The notes under the pieces: generated by a model
The model's input: only the letters and a program-made list of their open reading frames with translations
The model's database searches: none
Told to the model about the DNA's origin: nothing
Translations under genes and position numbers: made by a program
Part shown: positions 1 to 13,624 of the stretch, in pieces
Layout: every line of letters begins with the position of its first letter
Position numbering within the stretch: the first letter of the stretch is position 1
Assembly (NCBI GenBank): GCA_023213395.1
Contig: CM041465.1
Coordinates: forward strand, 159,409,741 to 159,473,740
Length of the DNA stretch: 64,000 bases
Source of the DNA: Cycas panzhihuaensis
Lineage: Eukaryota; Plantae; Cycadophyta
Direction of reading: 5' to 3'

Positions 1-1299
1 TAATCAAGGATATCATGAATATCAGGAAAAGAAGAAGAAGTAGCGAACATGTATTCATTATCAATTTCATTGAGGCTTGGCCCACATATTTCTTCTGTAA
101 CTTTCATTTTTTGCAAATCCAAATTTGGTTTAGGTTACATGACTAAAGGCCATGAATCAGAAAATATAGGACTCAGGAAAATATTGGAGCAAAATGATCA
201 ACATACGAGCCAAAACAGTTTAGCATCTGAAACCCTAATGGAAAATGTAGATAATCTAATGAAGGATTTAGATTTTTCTCTAGCAGAAGAGACAGAAAGT
301 GTTGAGGGATCTTTAGGGTTTAAAGAGAATCTAAATGTTTTTTCAAGGTTTAAAGAAAACTTGAGTTTGTTTATAGATTTAGAGGAAGTATTATAAATAT
401 TAAACAATGGCTAGTAAATATCCTCCACAAGTGATAAAGAACAATGACACACTAAGTTAAAGACAATTGCGAATGAGATTTATACTAATGTCTTGGAAAA
501 TAATGAAAAGTATGCAGAATAAAATGGTGATGGGAGTATGCAATGATTAAATCAACATGTATAAGGGTGACTACAAATTTATTATATACAAGTGAGGGCA
601 CAAATCGATATACAATGATCAAAATATGCAGTATGAAGACATTACGGTGAGCACAATGGATATAACAGATGAACAATATCAAGTGGCTACATACATGTTA
701 TACACATTAACGTGTAGGTGATTGAAATCAAATAAAACTATGGCTGGATGATGAGGATAGAGATGCAGGGCAGATAAAATATATCTTAGACATCTCTCAA
801 ATTACCATGTAGAGGAAATCATGGATGACATAAATCATCATGCAAGTATCATTACCCAGTGACAAAAATATTGATATATCAAATATTGAGGCTGAATATA
901 TGTAACTGGTGCTAATAATTAACATGCAATTCTCATATTATACATATATATGTGAGGGCAACCAAAAATATGATTCAAAACCTTAAATTTATCAACAAAA
1001 GATTAATATTTAATGAGCATACCTTATATTTATTGACCATATTATACTTTTCACTGCTTTACAATAGACTTAGGGAGGTTCTGCACTCTACAACTTCTCT
1101 TTATAAATGAGTAGCGATAAACATCTCTTAATTGCTTAATTAATGCCAAAATCACCTCCACACAATTATAGGGATTCTATAGACTCAACAACGGTTATAA
1201 GAGGAATGGGAATTATCAAACAGAAAGTAGCCACCTCCTCATACACCAGACTTAGGGTTTCATCAATCAACACTTCCTCGCTTAATTTTGCTTCACCTT

Positions 1300-1311
1300 G
1301 GCTCCGATACC
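1300..1311 (-). promoter_or_regulatory. tRNA-iMet-type primer binding site
   Basis: Reverse complement GGTATCGGAGCC resembles the consensus TGGTATCAGAGCC. Confidence 0.55.
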
Positions 1312-1312
1312 C

Positions 1313-1548
1313 TATTGGAAATCAACCTGCACTAAAATATTCACAAACAGAAAAGAAACCTCATAGAATAGAACACCCCCATAGGATCAAACGGTGTCCT
1401 TAAGGTACCTCCATTGCATTAATAAAATATCATTACAACAACCTTACAATATGATACACAAAATTGTATATTTATAATACAATTCATGATGGAAGAGTAG
1501 GACCCACTTGCATGTGGGACAAATCAAATGTACATTAATATTCTAACA
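1313..1548 (-). mobile_element. Probable short 5' LTR of a decayed minus-strand LTR retrotransposon
   Basis: On the minus strand it starts TGTTAGAA (1548) and ends TTCCAATA (decayed ...ACA), contains TATAAATA, and is directly followed by a tRNA-Met PBS-like motif. No partner LTR in the window. Confidence 0.5.
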
Positions 1549-2098
1549 AAGATGTCATGAGCTCTAAATTAGAAAATGATATATAAGAAGATGAACATAG
1601 TGATAACATTACCAATATTAGAGGACAAAGGGATTGCCTCTATCTATTTAGTAAAGTATTTGGTTATAGTAAGGATGAACTTATGTTCTACAAAGGATGG
1701 AGGCATAATTTCCCTAACTGGGTCTAACCCTAATTGGGAGAGGAGCCATGATGATATAATAGTATGAAGAGCCTTGCAAATGCACTTAGTATTTCTAATA
1801 CTTTTAAATATATGTGTGAGTACCTTTGAATAGGGTAGGCCAAAAGAAACCCATATAAAGTATCATTTAGGCCATAGACTATCTTATAAAGTATCCCTTG
1901 TAAATCCTATCATGGCATCAATGAAGGACCTTGTCAGTCTTAGTGGGACCAATGCATTATAGGAGAAACCCTTTAAAGGACCTCATATAGAGTGTATTAT
2001 TAATTAGAAAATATTAACATGTAGTAGCCCTAATGCATTATTTTTATTTAGATTTCATACCATCTAGATATACTTAGTGAGTTAAGTAATAAACTACA

Positions 2099-5000
2099 TG
2101 TTTCACCATAATCGACCCTCTTGGCATGGTTAAGCTCATATTTAGGGTTGTTTCCTCAAGTTGCTCAATAGTTACAACTTTCACTTGTGTAATGGATATC
2201 ACATTATTAGTATGATTAGTTAATGGATTACTTTTAGTTGATTATTTCATGGTCTAGTCTTTTGTTTGGACATTCTTGATTACTCATCATTTGTTCTTAA
2301 GTCATGGAATGCCAATGGGATGGATGTTTGTGTATGATGGTGATGATCTTCTTTGTTGATGACTGATACTATGGTGTATTTAAAAACTCTCAAGTCCAAC
2401 ATAGCTTCTAAATTTCTCTAAGTTTCCTTCTTTAGACAACTTCTTATTTAGTATAATTTAATGTTTTGATTAGTTTTAGCCTTATTTCTCCTACTTTTTT
2501 GATATGAGTTTATAGTGATTCATTTATCATTGAAATTTCTATTTATTATGGAGACTCTAATAAGTCATTTTTATTAGAATTACCTTTTATCTTTAGTTTT
2601 CTTGCTTTTTTTGTCTTATTAGGTTTTTAGCAATACCAAAAATATGACTTTATAACTAAAATGTAATGATTATATTTTAAGTTAGAAATCATGTTTTTGA
2701 CTATCATACCTATAATTTTTAACACAAAATAGTAATTTTTTAGGATTTTCACTATGGTACCTGCCCAAACCTAGAGTTTGGCATTGCTCTACCTACCTTG
2801 ATTAACTTATGATTATCTAACCTTCCTTTATTCTATAAATTCCTATCTATTTTTAGAGGAAGGAAGAGAGTCATTAATGTAATGAAATGCTACCTATTTT
2901 TTGCAAGCCATTACTAGTATTTTGTTACGGCTTAGAGGTAGATTTGAGATCATCTTCATAGGAAATTATGGATTTTTTAAAAGGAATTGGAGGTCCACTT
3001 TCATCTTAGTTATTGTCTAGTTCTCAAACTCACCTTTCCATTCACCTATTGAGGTCACCTTCTTATAGCTCTAGCTAACTTGTTATCTATATCTTTCTCT
3101 CCTACAACATCCTTTACTATCAAAATTATCATTCTCATGATACTTGAAGCTCAGTGGTAACTTGTTGGATAAAGGCAAAGTAACAATCTAAGGCACATAA
3201 CACTAATTTTTCTCGTATTGGAGGCATATGTTTTATGGATTAATTATTTATTTTAGAAATTAAAATTAGCAAGCTTTGAATTCAACTAAAAAATATATTT
3301 TTGTTATTATTTTTCTTTTATTTTCATCATAGTTTAGTTGTTCTTTCTAGTTCATTTAAGTGATTTGGCTTGGAATCAAACTAGTTTTGATTCTCAAGCC
3401 TTTATCACATTGTTAGAATCATAAAAGTTTACTTTTAAGTATTGAAATAGTTTCAATCCTTGATTATAGTTCTTTATTATGCAATCACATTCATATATCT
3501 CTTACTTATTTTCATTCATAACTCTCAATAAGTTTGGTCCCATAAAATGAGTAAAAAAAAATCAAGCCAAACTCTTATGACAAGCTGAATGGTAAGGAGG
3601 AGTGGATCTTTTAAGTAAGAGGAGTATCATGTATCTCTTCCATAGAGTTGTGGGTAGCTTAATCTAGGTGTTTTCCATTGAGGTTCCTCATGTGTAACAC
3701 ATTTATTTCTAGAATTTTGATATGATTGTAAGGTTTTATTTGAAAATCCATTCTTTAATGTAATGATTGCAACATTTATACTATTATTTTTTTAATCAAT
3801 GAGTAATGTTCCAAAGTGGTGAATAGTTGAAGAAAGTGAAGCCATTGCTCTTAGCCTTGTTATAAGGTACTCATCTTTCTTTGTAGCACTTATAATCCTT
3901 TTCTTTAGTTTTGAAGCTTTTCTAAACTAACAAAGAGAAAGAAATAAAAAGAATAGAAAGTGTATTTGTTATTTTGTATTGATTGGATGGTTTATTGATT
4001 GACTCTTTTCCCTTATTTGCCAATACAAGAAAAAGGGAAGCTTAAGAAATTATTGATTGAGTTTAGAAGCAAGAGTTTTTGATTGTATGATTGCTTGCCT
4101 CTTTTTATTTTTTTATTTACTATTAAGTAAATGTAAAAGACTAGAAAAGGAAGAAAAGGAGTAGCAATTAGGATAATCGTAAGTGTAATAGAAGATCCTA
4201 GACTCTTTTGTTACTTATGTAGTTGATTTTTTCTTTTACTTTTAAGTCATTTAAGAAATAAAAAATAAAAAACAAAAGGGAAAGAAATTGCATTTATATT
4301 TTACATGATTTAAATGTCTAGTTAAATGCATACGTTCTCTCTACTATCTTCATTCAAATTAAAATCACATGCTAGACTTGAATATAGATTTGACTTGATA
4401 TTATTTGATCCTCTTAGGGTAGGTCCCATCCTTTTGTTGAGGATTTACTTGATTATACGAGACTTGACATCCCTAGTATATAAGCATGTCCTCTCTTAGA
4501 GATAAATACTTCTTTTAGCTAGGTATTTTTTTTATCAACTAGAACTTGACATCCCTGACATATAAACTACTTCTTTAGATCATTTTTTCTTCCAACTATG
4601 TTCTAAATTCTAAAGGAAGTGGCTTATCATTTTCCTTAGGTTAATAATGATTTTCTCCTTCTTTCTTTAATTTTAAGTATGGAAATCTATCAGAGTCAGA
4701 TACAGGTATCTTTAGGCCATCCATCCTTACGAATGGGTCATCATTGGATGAGAGAGTCCCCGATGACTAACCCTTGATATGATCATTAATCTAGGGTCTA
4801 ATCTCTCTTAGGTTCTTACACTCATTAGTCCTCCCTATCTTCAACTATTATGACACAATTTACTTTTATTTAGGTGAAAGTAGAGGTCTAGGATAGAATA
4901 TCCTCTGTAAGTGGATTCTTGGATAATCAATGGATAAATTTAGGACATTGATTTTAGGGTAAGGACCCCTAATATATCTACTTGTTAAAGGGCTATGTGT

Positions 5001-5268
5001 ACTTCCTCCAAAGTAAAGGGGCCTTTTGTTTGTTTTATTTTATTTATTCGGTGTGATCCTACTTGATTAGATCTAGATATGACTCTATCATGTATGTGTG
5101 AATTAGTTTAAGGTTTAAACTAGTTTGACTCCTTCATCATTAATCATGTGTATAAGTAAAGAAGACCTCTTCTTAGAGGTTGATTGAAAGTTTCACCCTT
5201 AAGACCCATTAACTTTGGTTCACTCTCTCATAGATTTGATAGGTGTTTAGCCCTAAGAAAACAAACCA
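2099..5268 (+). repeat. 5' LTR of the outer Tat-type element
   Basis: Colinear with 54381-58064 over its whole length, with many transitions and a few large indels. Confidence 0.88.
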
Positions 5269-5272
5269 TTTC

Positions 5273-5292
5273 TAGCAACCATACTAAAGACT
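5273..5292 (+). promoter_or_regulatory. Decayed tRNA-Arg-type PBS
   Basis: TAGCAACCATACTAAAGACT differs from the PBS of the related nested element (TGGCGACCATATTGGGGACT) only by transitions, nearly all G>A. Confidence 0.7.
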
Positions 5293-5474
5293 TTCTAAAA
5301 CTTCCTCATTGCATATTCTTAACCTATATATTTTATGCTTACTTGTGATCTTTTATAAGACAATTTCACTTAGTTAGATTTGACCCCATTACAATTGGAT
5401 AAAACTCTTAATTTTCATCTAGGGTTCTTATCTTATTCTTCAACTTCCATTACTAGCTTTATATCTTCATTTTG

Positions 5475-8400
5475 ATGGAAATCCCTCATCAATATACTCA
5501 ACTCAAGAGATGAAGAAGGAAACAAGGCCTCCCTCCTTAAGACTCTAAGTATAATTACTATTAAGAGCATGAGGCTTGTAAAGGCTATCCACCTCATGAA
5601 GACTATCCTAAGTATGAAGGATATAAAACATATGTCTACTCTCTTAAGGGCTCTATTGACTTATATAAAGTTTCCATAGAGAAAGGTTATTCTAAACACT
5701 CTCAAAAGCACTTAAGGAATCCATCCTTGGTAATTCATTCTTCTATTTAAGAAGAGTTTTATGTTGATCATGTTGTTCATCCATTTTGAAAGCCTTTGAA
5801 AACTAGGATTTATTCTCCTATCCCCATCCTAAGATATCAAGATCCTTTTTATTAGGACACCTACATCATGATGTTGTCTTCACATCTTCCCCTTAACCAT
5901 CATTAGGAAAAACTCGATCCTCTTTCTTAGGAGCATCAACCTCATCATATTAATCATCCCTACACATCTAATGTTCCATCTTCCCCTAATCCTTCCCATC
6001 TTCTCACCTTGAAGGCATCTCCTATCCTACCTAATGAGACATGAGACATTAGGTTGGTTCACTCCCAACCTTAAATTCTAGTTTATATTATGTAAGGAAG
6101 AACTTAAGTTTCTCCTATAACCTCTATGTTATATAATGTCTCACTTGAGAATTCTATTTAGGAGTAATAATTTACCTTAGGGTACCCATATCAAGCATCC
6201 ACATCATATGAATTCCTTCGTTCAATACCTAACTATCCCTTGTATATAGGTATATGTACCCTTACATCACTTCACAAGTTCCACCTGCTAATGGAACCAT
6301 CCCTTCTTATAGTGCCTCTTATCTCCCACCTTATCAAAATATGAGACATAATATGAGACCACCTCCTTTCTATCTTCATAAAGGGCCTACACCATCTACT
6401 CCTCCATACCCTACATATGATACCTATGATATAGCACAAGGCATATTGGGGGGCTATCACACCCGTATTCCTCTTGACCAATGTATTCACCATTCGTAGA
6501 TTCTACGATCTATTAGAGGGACTAATCCATCATATAGTCTTAGACTTGACTATTCTCATTAACCTTATCTACAATAGATAGTTCCTCATCTCTCATATGT
6601 CCTTGCATCCTAACAACACCTTATCTATTAGATAGGGACCTATATTAATCATGTTACATGGTTCATTCATTATTCTCCACCTTCTGATCCACCTCAATAT
6701 GACTAACCCCCATATGGAATTTCCATGCCTTATCGATAAGATCCTCATCAACACTCTTTTATGTTGAGGTTTAATAGGCCATTTGTAGACTACATGAGGT
6801 CCTCCTTTCCATAAGAGGTCCTTCTCTCATCTATGCCTCCATTTCTCTCTAAACTATCCAAGTTTTTAGGGGAGCACTTATAAGATCTTATTTTACACTT
6901 GCATTTATCAATTTCCTCCATTATGGCTACATTATGATGAGATTGTTCCATAAATTATTTCAAGGTGATGCCTTGAAATAGTTTTCTTATTTCCTATATG
7001 CTTTTATTTTTATATTCTAATAGTTAGTTGAAGCCTTCATTAATTACTTTAACATTTATAGGCCATTTGAAACTAGCATTAAGTCCCTCCTATCCACAAG
7101 TAGAATAATGATGAATCATCTCATGATTTTATGAGATGATTCTAAGATCTAGTTCATTCTTGTCATCCCCACCTTGATTCATGCCTCTTATTTGATATTT
7201 TTACTAATGCTTTGAGACCTTATATTCATTTAGAGGTCCTCAAACTTGGTCTAAAAAACCTACAAGGAAGCCATAGACAAATTCTTAGATCTTGAAGATT
7301 TTAAGATTTAAGTAGGAATCAAGAAGATAGGCAAGCCTATCCTAGTAAAAGAATCAACTCAAGATCCTGAACCCAGTCAAGGTGACCATACATATGATCA
7401 TCTTACATCTTTTATTAGGGCTCTTGAATATCCTATCAACACCAAGCTACATGTTGAGAACCCCCTTGCTTTTAAATAGAAGCACAAAACCAATTATTCG
7501 CTATACTAAGGGAAAGAAACACTAAGATCCTTCTCCTCTTTTAATAAAGAAAACTTCTTAGTATTCTTACTAACAAACCAACACTTATTATAGGGTTTAA
7601 TGTTAGGTAGTTTAGGCCATGGATTTCAAGACTCAAACTACTAATAATCTTACATTCAATCTGAATCAAGAATAATTAATTTACAAAGACCCATTGCCTA
7701 AATGTGATCTAAAAAACAAAAAGGATAAAAGTGAAGGGAAATCCAAATAAGATGATGTATATGATAATAAAAGTATGGGATCCAAGCCAAGCAGGAAACA
7801 TACCACCTCACCCAAGGGAGGTAGTAAGTACACTAATAACCAAAATTATCCATCTCACAAAGGTGGTGAGACTAAAGGAATACTCAATATGGTTGAGGAA
7901 ATAAATAATCTAAGCATTTACAAATCCTTTAAAGATTTTATAATAAAGAAACCCTAATTCTTTACCTCTCATCCCACCTAGACCTATTCACTTTTGGTCC
8001 ATTCCTTATACTACAAAGGATGGATCTTTATCTTTAGTTGATAAGTTAAAATCTATTCCTATTAGGATTTTAGTTATGGACTTATTAAGGAGTTACCCAA
8101 AGCAATGTGAACTCCTACTTAATGCCTTGGGTGTTCCTACCCCTAGCTCCTCAACAAGCCTTACTCTCTCTTTTGATCCCTCTATTCTACCTAGTGAAAA
8201 GAAATGAAACCCTAATAATATCCTCCTATTCTACATCAAGATTTGTAAGGAATACATCAACATTCAATGTGTTATTATTCATGAAGGATCATTGGTAAAT
8301 GTAATCCCTTTTCATCTAGTAGAGGATCTAGAGATTGTTGCCTATGAAACTTGTAAGTAGATATGTCAAAGGTATGATAAAAACCACAAAGTACCACTAG

Positions 8401-8590
8401 GGCAAGTCACTCTTCCTCTTACCTTAAAAAGGAAAATAGTTATAGTTAATCTTACCATCATAGACCTAAACTTGGAATATAATATCCTCTTAGGAAGGCC
8501 TTAGATCAATCAAATATCCATTGTCTATTCCTTACTCTTTGGTGAGCTTAAATTCAGTCACGAGGGAGAGTTAAAGGTGGTCAAGTGAAA
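5475..8590 (+). pseudogene. gag: gag and aspartic protease of the outer element (many stops)
   Basis: N-terminal R*RRKQGLPP motif, Pro/His-rich region, capsid-like region around 6850-7320 (HLEVLKLG), protease IIHEGSLVNVIP ... EYNILLGRP*I ... LKFSHEG at about 8270-8580. Confidence 0.75.
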
Positions 8591-9829
8591 TAATAAAACC
8601 ATTAAATAATTGGTTCCATTGGTGGAAACTATCTTAAAAATAGGGTATCCCTCCAACTCCTTTGAATATTTCTTTTAATCTTTGGGCCTTGGGTAATACT
8701 TTTTCACTGGATCTCTTTCAATGTCTAAACAATAAGTTAAATGCATTAAAATGATTGATATTATTCCCTTAAGAGAAAGTCTTATGCCATGTTAATCAAA
8801 TGTGAAAATATTTTAAACCACTTTAGAACCTTTCCTGATTCCTATTCCTTTAGAAGAGACTTTACACCTCCACTCTATAAGTTATCTTTCTAATCTTACT
8901 CAAAATGGAATAAGAACTTATTTATAATGCCCCTTCATCATCACATTGAGCTAATGACAATAATGGTGTGTTTCAAGTTAATATTATTTCTTATCAAGAA
9001 ACCACTTCCCTAAGTTCATCTTCTACTAAGACATATTTCATGTGTGTCCTTTGTTTATATCATGTGAATAATGTCCCAAACATTGCCCACATCTATTTCT
9101 AGCCCTTTTAGGTGAGCATATCTATCTTAAGCCCTTGCTTCCTTATCTAGTGAAGTAAATTATCTTGAGTATTCTTTTCAAACTACTTGGTTTAATTAAC
9201 ATAGTGAGAAACTCCAAATGCATATATATTTAGACCTCTCACCTCTAGAAGTTAAAATATCCTCTTTACCTACCTTACCTAGATCAAGTCCAACATATAA
9301 GAGAGAGATAAGAGAGGTTAACGTAATTACTATAATCTCTCTCCTAGATAAGGAGACTATTCATGAGGATACTGTACCATCTCTCATTCATGTATCCCCT
9401 CTTGTGAATTATCTTCTTAAGTCTAATTTTCATTAGATTTTGTGATGATATTAAGAATTCCCTAACCAGCTTGGTCTACTTTCCTATATTCCTATGATAA
9501 TAAACATCTTCACAAATAAGGACCATGTCCTTCCTATAAGAATAATTTACTCATATTTGTCTTATCATTCTCATCCTTAACTTGAAGTCTCTATCTTTAG
9601 AGATCTTCTTTATCTTGATCATTTTGAGAGTGATGAGGCAATTATAGAGTACTTAGTTGGAGCCTCATTTAATCTCCCTCTGAATCATCACAAGCTTGAT
9701 TTTGGAGAGTACTTACATCCTAATTCACCTTTGGATAGATCAAATCAACCTTTACATGATCCTCCACCATCTGCAATCCCTTCCCCTCCTCATTTTAAGG
9801 AAGGAAATGCCATGCTTATTAGTGAAATA

Positions 9830-12612
9830 ATAGACATTGATTTGGAGATTAATGATACTCCAAGAATAATTAAAGTGAGAGTAGATTGCTCCCAAAAATA
9901 AGTAAAATAACTTAAGGAGCTCTTTTGAGAGTTTACATCAATCTTTGCTTAGGATTATAGTAATATGTGGGGCATTCACCATGATGTTGTAGTCCATAAT
10001 ATCACCATGATTCTAAGAGCTAAGTCTAAAAGGCAGAAGTAAAGATACATTCATCTTCATCTATCTACAACTATTAAAAAGGAAATTGAGAAACTTTAGA
10101 GGGCAAAGTTCATTAAGAGTGTTAACTATTCATAATGGGTCTTCAACATAGTGCCTATTACCAAAAAGAATGGGTTAATTTAAATATGCATTGATTTTTA
10201 TGAAATTAATGAGGCCCATCACAAGGACAATTTTCCTCTCTTATTCTTAGATCAAATTTAGGATTACACTACTAGTTTTGAAGTCATGTCCCTCACAGAT
10301 AATTTTTTGGGATATAATCAAATTCTTACTTCCCTTGAGGACCATCATAAGATTGCTTTTACCACTCCATGGGGAAAAATTTCCTATAAGGTCATGCCAT
10401 TTAGACTAAAAAATACTGGATCCACCTGTTAGTGGGCTATGGCATTCACCTTCCATGACTAAATTAGGATCATAATAGTTACTTATTTGGATGGCATGTT
10501 TCTCTTATCATATTATAGGAAAGATCATATCTAGGATTTAAAAACCATCTTTAAATGATGTTGTAAATTTCATCTATGACTTAATCTAATTAAATGCATA
10601 TTTGTTGTCACCTTAGGTAAGATGATGGGAAATATAGTCTCCCAAGATGGTGTGTAGATCCTAAAAAAGATAAGAACCATCATAAAAATGTCTCCCCTAT
10701 AAAATCATAAGTAGTTTAAATCATTTCTTAGTAAGTTAGACTTTATTTGATAATTCATTACAAACTTTGCACTGAACACTAAGCCCCTCACTAACCTTAT
10801 TAGAAAGGGGGCTTCCCTAACTTGGCTTACATCCATTTAAGATTCTTTTAATAAGATTAATTTAGGCATTAGTCTCAACCCCTATGCTTGCTCCTTCCCT
10901 CTTTGACAAGCCCTTCATCTTATATACACCTTCTATGGAAGAATCCCTTGGGGTTATGCTTGCTTAGGAAGATGTATTTGGGAGACAGTAAGCTATTTAC
11001 TTTATAAATATGACTCTTATTATTATTGAACTCAACTACTCTCCCTTAGAGAAGGAATACCTATCTTTAGTTTTTCCCACCAAGAAACTATATCATTACC
11101 TTCTTAACAACATCACCTTCATCATTGTCCAATATAACCTTATTCACTTTTTGCTTAGTAAGAGTTATCTCATAGATTAAGAGAGAAAATGGACTCTCCT
11201 TTTATAGGAATTTGACTTCCAAATAGTTAACAAAAAATTTAAGAAGGGTATGGTGGTTACTGAGATGATGGAAAAAGTATGCTTGCCAAATCTAGCTAAT
11301 GAGATCATTAATGATAAGCTCCCTAATGAATAAATCCTTAAGGTGGAGATTGTCCTACTAAAAGAAGTATGGTATAAAGAGATCAAGTCGTATCTCTTAA
11401 ACCAAACATTTTCTTTTTCCATTTCCTTTAAGAAGAGGCAATAAATTAGAGCCACTACCCATTGGTGTCTACTCTTGGAAGGTGTCCTTTATAAGTGATC
11501 TTTTATGGAATTCTACTAAAATGTCTCTTGCCTTCCAAGGCCCAGACTACCTTAATTGAATATCATGATAGCATATGTGGAGGCCATTTTGGTGGTTAGA
11601 TCACATCCTAATGTATCCTTCAAATGGGGTATTATTGGCCATCATTATTTAAAGATGGTCATGCATATACTCTAAAGTATAAAAAATGCCAATTGCACTC
11701 CACCCTTATATACCAACCTATATAGGCTCTTAAGTCTATCATTTCTCCATGGCATTTTCTACACTAGGGGTTTGACCTAATTGGTCACATTTTCCCTCCT
11801 TTCTCAAGTGGGCATAAGTTCATTATAAGTACTACAAAGTACTTCACTAAGTGGAGCAAAGCCATCCCATTAGTCTCTACTACTAGAAAGGTTATTACCA
11901 TATTCATCTTCTAGTATATCATCTATAAATTTGGGGTTCTTAACATTATCATCACTAATAATGAAACTTTATTTCACAATCCTTAAGTAGCTAAGTTATG
12001 TGAGGAATTCCATATTACCCATTCCCTATTGACTCCTTATCATCCTCAAGGTAATAGTCAAGTTAAGTCCTTTAATAAAATATTAGTAAGAATTCTGGCT
12101 AAGACTATGACTAGTTCCAACTAAGATTGGCATATTGAATTATTCTTGATATTGTGGGCTTAATGTACCTTTATTAGGAACATAATTGGAATGACATCTT
12201 TCTATATGGTCTATGGCTCTAAATCTATTCTACCCTTTGAAGTAGAAATCTTATATTTATGTATGCCTTTAAAACACTTTACTAATGAGGAGTGCCAGAG
12301 AGAAGCACATCCATAAGAATTAGAGAAAATGGATGAAACATACTTGGCTATCCTACAAAATAATCTCATCTCTAAAACCAGAGCCCAAGTAGCTCATGAC
12401 AGTTAATTAAGACCTAGAAAATTTCATGTTGTTGTTAAGGTGCTTAGGATTAAGTATCTTTATGATAAGTAATAAACGTTCATCCCCAAATATGTAAGAC
12501 CTTATCCTGTTATTAAAGATCTTGAGAATGGTGCATATCACATCTCTATACTTGATGGCCTTAAACTTTAAAAGACAATCAATTTATAGTTTCTATAAAA
12601 GTTCTATGCCTA
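9830..12612 (+). pseudogene. pol: pol of the outer element: reverse transcriptase, RNase H, integrase (many stops)
   Basis: NIVPITKKNG, KDNFPL, GYNQI, AFTTPWG, VMPFRLKNTGST, YLDGM (decayed YLDD); RH NYSPLEKE; INT HDSICGGHF, GYYWP, YFTKW, PYHPQGN. No extra RNase H between RH and INT. Confidence 0.92.
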
Positions 12613-13237
12613 AAAGTAGAGCATCATTTCCCTCTATAATAAGTATAAAACTGTGGCTCCTAGAACCACATTATTTAATAAGCCTGAACTATAGTTGGTC
12701 CTTCTTTCTTTCTCTTTTCAAACATCACTTCATAATAGATATAGCTTTCTTTCTTCTTTATATTTGCTTCTTGATTGATCTTGATTCTTTCTTATCTATG
12801 AATAACCTAGCAATCATGTAAGACTATTATACTACAAACAGACATAGGCATTATTTACTAGTCACACATGTTTACTACACCCACTTTAACTAAAGTCATG
12901 TTACTCTTCCCTCCTAAGTTCTATACTTGGGAGGGAAGGGGGGTCTCTAGCTTTTATTATCGATATAGTAGTTAGGTATAAGCCTAGATGATTAGATTCT
13001 TTCATTATGTAAGATACCTTGTTCTTGTTAAGACTTTCATCCACATTTTTTTGACCTTGACTTACTTTTTTCACTTATCATCTTATAAGTATACTTGGTT
13101 TATAAACCTTTCACCTCTACTTATTTGACCTTTTTACTACAACTCTTGGCATCTTTTCATTATTCCTCTTAAAGTTTGATGTTAGTTCTATTTCCATCTC
13201 TTCATACTTATAGACACTTTGGTGTAGAGATCCTTTC

Positions 13238-13611
13238 TGTTACATAACTTATCCGACTAAGTTATGTAAACTACTATGGAACTTTGTGCATGTGTCGTCT
13301 AGCGGGTCAATAGTATGCATGGGCGCTGCTACCTACTAGAATGTAAGGCCTCTTAGGCTACCGATAGGATTACATGTATAAAACCCTATTTTGTCTATAT
13401 AAGGGTCATAAATTTTAAATGATGGTTATCTTGATAGAATATTTTTATAAAGATTATGTTGTGGTACTTTCTATCTTTTGGTGATCATTTAGTGCTCTGA
13501 TGTTCATGTGAAACTCTTGGTTAGCTTGTTTGCTATGTTGGATAAGAAGACGCTACTGCGATTATCAAATTCTCTGCTCTCTCAAGAGTATTGGCAAGAA
13601 GAAATGCCCCA
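13238..13611 (+). repeat. Chromovirus 5' LTR
   Basis: Ungapped match to 29212-29585, about 40 mismatches by hand count, mostly transitions. Confidence 0.95.
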
Positions 13612-13613
13612 AG

Positions 13614-13624
13614 TGGTATCAGAG
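13614..13624 (+). promoter_or_regulatory. tRNA-iMet PBS
   Basis: TGGTATCAGAG, 2 nt after the LTR end. Confidence 0.93.

Noticed and set aside
49-396. 115-aa ORF with FGLGY (G-patch-like) motif
   Set aside because: Only a short motif and no recognisable domain context; probably decayed retroelement sequence.
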